A stretch of 62,526 nucleotides of DNA, filler included. It is 4 parts of 4 records of this genome, joined end to end, with 100 filler letters (N's around TTAATTAATTAA, not from the genome) between each part and the next. Parts side by side here need not be neighbours in the genome. Positions count along the whole stretch, not along the records: positions 37,363 to 53,112 come from SRR2962707_3372; 3 more parts are not named here. One strand, written 5' to 3'. The stretch's first letter is position 1. Each line of letters begins with the position of its first letter. The notes under the pieces were generated by a model, which was not told the DNA's origin, did no database searches, and saw nothing but the letters and a program-made list of their open reading frames with translations. The position numbers were made by a program, and so were the translations under genes. Below, piece by piece: positions 39,269 to 47,500 of the stretch.

Positions 39269-42200
39269 TACTGATCAAATCCATCTCCCCCCATTATCCT
39301 CTTTGCTACATCATTAACCTGAGTAGGTATTTGATCTCCCAAAACACCTTTCTGTCCTATTGTTATTGCGTCTATCCCAGTGTGAACTAGTGTTTTACCT
39401 GCAGTGTCTAAGATTTCAGCTTTACTATTAACTTTAAGTGTCACACCTCCTTCTCCATTAAAATCCACAAAGTTATTCAGGGCATTTTTAGCCCCGTCTA
39501 CCAAAATTTCTTTTGTTTCGCCTGGTAAAACTTTATCCACTTTACCAAACAATAATCCTGCTGCGTCTACTCCTTCCATTGCACCTTGCCAATCACCTCC
39601 ATTTTTTGCATAATTAAAAGCAAATGATTTTCCATAGGCGGCCCAACCTCCTGGACCAGATAAAATAGAAGCAGTCAAAACGGCCATAGATCTAGTTAAC
39701 GAATTATGAATAAAATTATCTTGACCTCTATAAACTGCTGCTTGAATGCCATTACCATAAACAGTAATTTCTGATAACATAGTTAATTCCAGATTTCCAG
39801 CTTGATCTAAGATGTAATGAGTATGCTTTCCTCCTTGTGTTCCTACTTTTTTGAGACTCCCATCTTCTTGGCGTTGATATACATGATCAAATCCCCCATC
39901 TGGATCAACTCTTCTTATTGGATTATTCCCCATACCAAGATACGAAGAAGTATATTGTCTCATCGGATCCACCTGTAACCACCTCCCAATCAGCGGATCA
40001 TACATCCTCAGTTCAAACGCATTCCATCCTGTCGTTGTATCACTCTCTGCGTACTGTCCCTGATATCCATGTCGGTACGGGTCCCGCTGGGTCTGTACGG
40101 AGTTGTTCCACTGCTTGGCTACCGCACCAAACGGGTAGTAGTCTGTAGAACGAATCATCCGTGTGCCCAGCACAGAGAAGGTGAAATCATCCCAGTAGAG
40201 GTCTACATCACTTTCGTTTACCAGGTAGGCGTAGATGTAGCCATCCTGTGTCACCTCATCTGAAATGGACAGCTGTTTCCATCCATTGTCTGCAGAGGTG
40301 CCTGCCTCCACGGGAATAGCACCATCTCCTACCACATTAAACGATTCATCGAAAAGGATGTATTGCATATAAGCCCTGGTTTCGTTTGAAGAGGTCGTTA
40401 CCGCTGCGAGTAAAGCGTTTACATTGGCCCCTACGGCGTTTGAAAGCAGCCCGCCTTCTACTCCTACTACCGCATCATTGGCACTGGACTGTAGCAAATC
40501 TTCCAAGCCGAACGGTGTAGGGCTTTCAGTACTTGTTCCAGCTTCTTTGAAGAAGACTTCCAGGTTAATCTGATCGCCCTCCTGAACCCGCAGTGTCGTG
40601 GTTGGACCAATCGGCGCACCAGGATGGGTATACGCTGAGTAGCTACCACGGTAGCTATTGGCGACATCCAGCTGTCGGACAGATAGGTTATCAAAATATT
40701 GCGACTCATAGGTATCGTTTTCGGTCTCCATCGTGGCAGTCGCCATCAACCCCAGCTTGGTAGCCAGTGCCCGAACATTGCCTAGATGGTCAGTGAGTTC
40801 ATAGATGTATTTGTAGTGGTCGGGGTTTTTGAAGGCCATGCCCAGTTTGGTGGCTCCATAGATCGGTAGCTCGATCTGAGCAAGTGCCGTTTCAGGATCA
40901 GTTCCCCGGTGATAGATCGCCATCACCTGCCCGGAAGCGTCCCGCACATACCACTCCTCTATCTCTCCTTCCTTTTTCATCATGCGGAAGCCCCGATCAT
41001 CGTAAGCAAAGCTGATCAGTTCTTCTGGGGTGGATGGATTTGTAACATCCCACACCTGGGTCACTTTACCGGTTACATCATAATCAATTTCGATATCCGG
41101 TCGCTCCGGATCGGTATATTCGATTCCGGTTACTTGCCCTATTTCATTGTAATCAATGTTAGAGATATAGCCCGATACACTTTGTAGCCGATTGGTGTTA
41201 GGATAGTAAGTGAAGGTAAAATCATCCCGCTCCGAATTAGGGTCATCGCCGTACCGCTCTATCCGTGAAATATTTCCATTTTCATCGTATCCATCCACAC
41301 TCACATCATAAGCATTGGTTTCAGAACCATCTTTGGTGTAGTCTGCTTTCTTTAGCTGATACTTTTCGTCGTACTCGTACGCGTACACCTCTCCCTTCTG
41401 TGAGTCTACAATCCGCTGGCTTGCCGGCACATCCGGCTTCACCTGTAAACTCACATTTTTCCCATTGGAGTTGAACCCATCAGTCAAAGTGATGGATTTT
41501 TCCGCTTTTCTAGTGAGGTCATCGCTTAGCGTGTTACTGAATGTGAGTTCCTGCTGGTAGTTGTAAAACTTGGCTTGCTTATAGCTGGAGCTATACCCAC
41601 TGTTATCTCCTTCGCCAAATACCATCGCCCGGATGTTTCCATTGTATTGCTGTGGAACCTGTGCATCATCCAGGTCCAATGAACCAATGTTGGAGTTTGC
41701 CGTGGCATAGTCGCCTTCAAAGTATTCCAGGGACATCCCAAAGAAATCTTTATGCACATTGTTGGTCATTCCATCCTTGCCCGGATCCAGGCCACGCACC
41801 GGATGGTTAATGGCTTTTAGCCAGCCCTGTGGTGTATAGGTGTAGTCGATTCCCTGCATATCATCAGCCAGTACCACACGCTTTAACGGTCCGTGTTTAT
41901 AATATTCATACGTCGCATGGAGGTACTTCTCTGTATCAGGTTTTACGGATGTCTCCACCATTTTTAAGCGTTGGTTCTTGTCATAGGTATAGTAGTGCCA
42001 ATAGGCTTCATTGACATGGTCCGGATCACAACCTGAGCTACAATAAGTTTGAGGCTGGAAAGCTACTTTTTCGACATTGCCTAAGAAATCATACGAATAC
42101 CGGATCAGGAAATACTTCTCCAGATCCTTATAGTACTGGAGGAACCATGTCACTCGTCCCTGCTCATCGTAGCTGTACCACGATTGCACTTCTTCGGATT

Positions 42201-44580
42201 CGGTGGAGGATACAGCCCCGGCTACAAACTCCTGTGCCAGCGCATAATCACCTGAAAACTCTGTCGGTAGGGACGGAAGTGTAGCTACATCATAATAGGT
42301 TTTGATCCAGTCTTCCTGATTACCCGAAATGATTCCTGTTTCATTAATGACCAGCTTATGTTGTTTTGTGTCAGAGAAGTACTCATCAAAATCTTTTACA
42401 TTGGATTGTGTAAAAGGCACCATATATTCACCAGACATAATCGGTCTTCCCAGCTTATCATAGGATGTCACAGAAAACCGACTATTCACTCCATCGGCAG
42501 CCTGTTCAGCATTTTGCGAAAAACGTATTTGACCATCGGTTCGGTAAATGTACCGAGTAGTCCCAGCATCCGGTTCGGTCATAGAAGTTAGTCTGCCCTG
42601 AAAATCGTACGTATATAAGGTGGTGTACGGGAGGTTATCAGCAGTATATCCACTCACCCCTCCATTATCTTTTATTTCCTGAACGCCTTTTGGAGTCATG
42701 GATGCAATGAGGCGTCCTTTATTGTCATAAAAATTATAGGTAAAATTCGAATAGGTTAAGGTATAATAGATCGTTGTATTAGATCCATTATTCGTAAATC
42801 GGTAGATGCCGGGAGGCTTGGTTCCGGATTTATTTTTTTCATTAATTAAGTCATAATAAGTATTTGCATCATCATTACTAACACTGAAATGCACTTCATA
42901 AGACTCGCCAGCTCTAACCCACTTACTGTACGTTTCCTCCGGACCTCCGGTACCTATGGCTGAGGCAAAAGTATTTCCACTATCATCAACATACACAATG
43001 GATTGATTGCCGTTTGCATCAATGGCTATTTTTTTAACCAGTCGACTTGAAACACTGTTTTGCCCAACCAATTTATTTCGAATGGCCCAGTAATACTCCA
43101 GCTCTGCTCCTTTTGCCGGTAAGACTTTTCCAACGCTGTTATTCCCACTTTTCAGGAAATGAAAATCGCCCGGCTGAGAAGCTGTTTTTTGTTCACCGCT
43201 TCCATCTTCATAGAAGTTGCTTACTGCATAGGGATGGCTGGTCTCCGGAATCCGTCCGTCATCACCTGTGTTATTGCTGCTGTAGTAATGCCCCAAGGTA
43301 TTGGGTTCCGACTTATCCACTCCTTGCGGGGTGTCTGCACCCCATTCAGATTCACTCAGTTTATTTCCGCCTTTCGTAGCAAAACCTTCTTTAAAGCCAA
43401 TTATATCGTTCCTTCCAATCGGTGCACTCAGTGTTTGACCGACAGCTCGGTCATAATCATCATAGAGCGGTTCGCTGGCAAATACCTCATTTTCTTGTGG
43501 ATTCCATGTTTGTGATTGTAAGGCTTTACCCGCATTGTCAAAATACTGGACAGACTTACTAACAGGTCCTGAGTTATCGTAGCTTGTAGAAGTGATGGAG
43601 TGATAATCAGGGATGAATTCCGTAACATTAATGGTAACAGATGGTGTGTATTGATTGGGTTGTTCAGGGCAATCCTTATCGATCAAAGCACGAATGAGTG
43701 TGGTTTCGTTAAATGTATCCGTATAGCTTATGGACTTGCTGTTGGTGTTTTTAAAAGTCTCCCAATCCCCATCGCCTCGCTTTATTTTCCAATTTTTGAT
43801 GGGTGCTGATGCATCTATCAGTTTTATAGAACCTGACACTTCTTGGCCTTCGTAGACTGTCCTATTACCATATATTCTTCCAAGTTGAGCATTAGAATAC
43901 GTAATAGGTTCAATTATAGTCCTTGATGCGGACTTGATTGAACTGCAACCAGGATCACCGATTGATGCTCTCGCTTCATATGTTCCAATTTCCGAAACGG
44001 TAGTAACTTTTGATGTCGATATTCTCTGACCACTACTATTATACCATCCCATCCATCCACTACTAGCATCTCCATATGTAGTTGCCGATAAGGTTATCTC
44101 ATCACCGTCGCACATAATATATGATGAAAATGAAATTGAAATAGAGCCACTACCCGGATCGCCTACCGTTAATGTTTTTGATTGTGTTGCACTTACAAAA
44201 GGACAATTATTAAATTCATCTATAAATGTAATTTTGTAGTCCTCTGCTCCCGGAGAATATGGGCCTCCTGTTCCACCACTACTAAACTCAGATTCTGCGG
44301 AAACATTGATTGACTTTGAACCAGTACTATTCCAGCGAACTTTCAGTGTCCTGGTGCCTTGCCCACTGATAATAGTTCCTCCAGAAGAAGGGTTCCAATA
44401 ATAAGTCAGACATGAGGAGGGAGCTGGTGCCTCACCACCATCCCAGTTCGCCGTATAGGTAACTTCATCTCCTTCACAAGGTGAGTTGTTATTAGCATCA
44501 ATAGTGAGTCCTTGAGATGGGGCCTGAGAAAATATAATTCTCACGCAAAGAATAAAAAATAGATAGGTTATTGTTCGCAT
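39268..44580 (-). CDS. Rhs-repeat polymorphic toxin (signal peptide, PKD/Ig-like domains, YD repeats, Rhs core, ~208-aa C-terminal payload)
   Basis: YTYDFQGRL, YELTDHLGNVR, DYYPFG, RMYDPLIGRWLQVDP and NNPIRRVDPDG cleavage motif. Confidence 0.92.
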   Translation of the reverse strand: MRTITYLFFILCVRIIFSQAPSQGLTIDANNNSPCEGDEVTYTANWDGGEAPAPSSCLTYYWNPSSGGTIISGQGTRTLKVRWNSTGSKSINVSAESEFSSGGTGGPYSPGAEDYKITFIDEFNNCPFVSATQSKTLTVGDPGSGSISISFSSYIMCDGDEITLSATTYGDASSGWMGWYNSSGQRISTSKVTTVSEIGTYEARASIGDPGCSSIKSASRTIIEPITYSNAQLGRIYGNRTVYEGQEVSGSIKLIDASAPIKNWKIKRGDGDWETFKNTNSKSISYTDTFNETTLIRALIDKDCPEQPNQYTPSVTINVTEFIPDYHSITSTSYDNSGPVSKSVQYFDNAGKALQSQTWNPQENEVFASEPLYDDYDRAVGQTLSAPIGRNDIIGFKEGFATKGGNKLSESEWGADTPQGVDKSEPNTLGHYYSSNNTGDDGRIPETSHPYAVSNFYEDGSGEQKTASQPGDFHFLKSGNNSVGKVLPAKGAELEYYWAIRNKLVGQNSVSSRLVKKIAIDANGNQSIVYVDDSGNTFASAIGTGGPEETYSKWVRAGESYEVHFSVSNDDANTYYDLINEKNKSGTKPPGIYRFTNNGSNTTIYYTLTYSNFTYNFYDNKGRLIASMTPKGVQEIKDNGGVSGYTADNLPYTTLYTYDFQGRLTSMTEPDAGTTRYIYRTDGQIRFSQNAEQAADGVNSRFSVTSYDKLGRPIMSGEYMVPFTQSNVKDFDEYFSDTKQHKLVINETGIISGNQEDWIKTYYDVATLPSLPTEFSGDYALAQEFVAGAVSSTESEEVQSWYSYDEQGRVTWFLQYYKDLEKYFLIRYSYDFLGNVEKVAFQPQTYCSSGCDPDHVNEAYWHYYTYDKNQRLKMVETSVKPDTEKYLHATYEYYKHGPLKRVVLADDMQGIDYTYTPQGWLKAINHPVRGLDPGKDGMTNNVHKDFFGMSLEYFEGDYATANSNIGSLDLDDAQVPQQYNGNIRAMVFGEGDNSGYSSSYKQAKFYNYQQELTFSNTLSDDLTRKAEKSITLTDGFNSNGKNVSLQVKPDVPASQRIVDSQKGEVYAYEYDEKYQLKKADYTKDGSETNAYDVSVDGYDENGNISRIERYGDDPNSERDDFTFTYYPNTNRLQSVSGYISNIDYNEIGQVTGIEYTDPERPDIEIDYDVTGKVTQVWDVTNPSTPEELISFAYDDRGFRMMKKEGEIEEWYVRDASGQVMAIYHRGTDPETALAQIELPIYGATKLGMAFKNPDHYKYIYELTDHLGNVRALATKLGLMATATMETENDTYESQYFDNLSVRQLDVANSYRGSYSAYTHPGAPIGPTTTLRVQEGDQINLEVFFKEAGTSTESPTPFGLEDLLQSSANDAVVGVEGGLLSNAVGANVNALLAAVTTSSNETRAYMQYILFDESFNVVGDGAIPVEAGTSADNGWKQLSISDEVTQDGYIYAYLVNESDVDLYWDDFTFSVLGTRMIRSTDYYPFGAVAKQWNNSVQTQRDPYRHGYQGQYAESDTTTGWNAFELRMYDPLIGRWLQVDPMRQYTSSYLGMGNNPIRRVDPDGGFDHVYQRQEDGSLKKVGTQGGKHTHYILDQAGNLELTMLSEITVYGNGIQAAVYRGQDNFIHNSLTRSMAVLTASILSGPGGWAAYGKSFAFNYAKNGGDWQGAMEGVDAAGLLFGKVDKVLPGETKEILVDGAKNALNNFVDFNGEGGVTLKVNSKAEILDTAGKTLVHTGIDAITIGQKGVLGDQIPTQVNDVAKRIMGGDGFDQ

Positions 44581-47500
44581 CCTGGTAAATTATTATTTCC
44601 ATCTATACATGAAAAAACGGTTTCCTCTACTTCGTAATACCCACAGAAGCCGTCAGCATATCTTTTGATCATGATTCCTGTATAGCATCCATTACTATTT
44701 GTTTCACATCTGGTACTCATCAAAGTCCCTGCAGGACTACAGACCGTTATAACCTTTGTTTGATAATCCGTAAATGAGAGACCTGTCTGATTGTCTGTGA
44801 CAGTTGCTATTATTTCTATTTGTTCAGAACTGGAAAGCGTAATATTCTTATTCAATCCATTAGTGTTTGAAACATTTCCATCAATATCCCATCGAACCTT
44901 ATAGTCACCAGAACCTTCATTACTTAGATCTATTGACAACCTAGTGGTATTGTAATCAATTTGTGAGGTCGTTATCGTTCCATAAAAACTCGTTGAACGA
45001 CCACTTTTATAATGGATCTCTGCATCTGATACTTTCACCGGACCATTGCTAAACGTTTCCCTTGTAACAGACTTGAGCCGCCCCATCTTGTCGTACTCAT
45101 AATGCGTGTAGAGATTATTGGCATCCAGAATATCGGATAGTTCACCCCATTCATTGTAGGCATAGCTGGTCATGGTGGCGTCTATCGGATGAACTCTGAA
45201 ATCGTCCCAATACACCTCGGTATCTGACACTCCCAAAGTAAATACCTCGAGGTTACTGAAGGCACTTGGAACAGGAACATTCAAAGTAATGAGGTACCAA
45301 TCGCCTGATTTTTTTGATTCATCCGGTTTCGCGGTAACCGTGGTAGATCCATCTATTCGATACCTGAGCTTTGCCTCCGGGTGGGTTGTCCAAACAGAGG
45401 CCTTAAATGTTCGCCCTGCAGCTGACGCTGGCAGCCAATACTTAAATGGGTTGCCTGAATTGGATGACCTGAGTGACTTAGTCCCGGTATGCACCGGACC
45501 TTCTGAGATATCAATGATAGCACCACCACTCTTTATTACCCCTCCTCCGAAATACTTTACATTATCTATATCGACCAAATCATCCTCAGCGCCAGAGTAT
45601 GCAAACTCATCGTAACGGGCATTGGCCACTGTTGCAAACACTCGCTGATTGTTATTATCAAACTTGGTCGCTGCAAAGTTGCCATTGATGTCTTTGGCTT
45701 CTAAGGCATGGGAGTTAACGTCATAAAGCGTAATCCTCGACTGTTCTTCCCAGCCCAAACTAGGATTTGCATAGCCATCATCAATCTCAAACGTAGGTAT
45801 ATAGCCATCCGCTATTTCAATGTTGAAAGTTCCATCATCATTAAATTGTCTAAAACCGGATTGTGAATTTCTTGGGTTTTTATTTACGTAGTATTTATGC
45901 TTTCTAAATGCAGCCGAAGAAGAATACTTCGTATTTCCGTCCATGATATCAACACCTTGAGACCAAGATTGGAAGGTGGCACTTATTAGTCCAACTGCAT
46001 CTCTTCTCAATGCACGAGGATCTGAATAATCATACGAATAGTCATCCGGATCAAACTCATCTTTTAGGGTAAACACATACGTTTCGCCTTCCTGGGTTAG
46101 CATATTGTAGGCTTTCATGCTTCCGTATGTTTTATAGGCAGGAATCGATTTGGTAGCTATTTTATTACCATATCCATCTTCTTCATAGGTTTCAGTGACC
46201 TGACCAGAGTAGAAGTCGAATGCCAGGTTTCTTGATTCCGAGGTTATTCCAGTGCGATAGTTTGTCTTTCGCGTACCTAATTGAATCGATGGATATTTTT
46301 CCCGGGCCGTGGTGACAGCATATAAATCAAACTTATCTCCGGGAACTCTGACATACCTAGCACTTAAATAGGCTTCATGAATTACCCCTTGGTTATTGAA
46401 TCTTTCATCAAGCAGATCTTCATACTCATTTATGTTATTGTAAAACTTATCCTCAGAAGAATTCCCATTTGGAAGTTGATCATGCAAATAGATATTTTCA
46501 GTCTTAGAAATGAGCTGATCTTGTTGATCATACACGGTAATGCTTTTCAAATTGCCTACCCTGTTCGTATAATCCTTTAATTGCAATGAAGCTCGTTTGA
46601 ACTTGACCGTAGTGAAGTTCACATCGAAACCGGGATCTTTTGTTCCCGGGTGATCTGATGTATTTTGTTGACCTTCGAGTGGGTTATACATCCCCACCAT
46701 ACTCGGGTCAAAAGTTTCAAATTCATACACTGAGTATGAGGGTAATTTTCTGGTGACACCATCTACCTTCACAGACTCTTCAACCTTCACGCGACCATAT
46801 AGTACCCCTGGCGATGGGATTTCAGTAGCCAATTTCAATAAGTCTTGATTTTTCTTAAAAACGATATCATAATAATTCTGAGCATAAATTTCTCTAGCAT
46901 CGTTTTCTTTTTCACGAACACAGGAAGTTTTATCCGGTGACAAAAGGTTTCCAAAAGGAACTCCCATCCCTATAGGTTCATATGAGGTCGCACCTTCTTC
47001 ATATTCATAATTTGTAATATTTTCCGAAAATCCATTATTGACAGAAATCTTATCGACTTTGAGTCCACCGCCTTTCCTAGATAGCCTCGCTTGCTTATTT
47101 GTTAAACTAAGAACTCCAGATACTATTACTCTATCAGTATACCCTGCTTTTGTAGTAAGTTCCGCGTTTTGCACGATCATAGAATTCGAATTGACCGAAA
47201 TGACTTTGACCAAGTCATTAAACTGATGCCAAGACCAATTCCTTGTCTGAATACTACCATCACAGCTTGTGAAATCTGACCAAGTGGTTCGAGTTAAGGC
47301 TGCCAATTTGATATCTTTTCCAACTAAGTTGTCAAAAGAGCCAAGTGAGATATCATTATAGAATTCGAGGCGTAATCTATTCTGAGCTTCATTTGTAACA
47401 ATAATATCCTTTATTAATAGACTTGGTTTGGACATTAATGCTACTTCATACTCATCGGGAGAGTAAGAGATTTCGATTTCTGAACCAAGCGAAGTATTTA

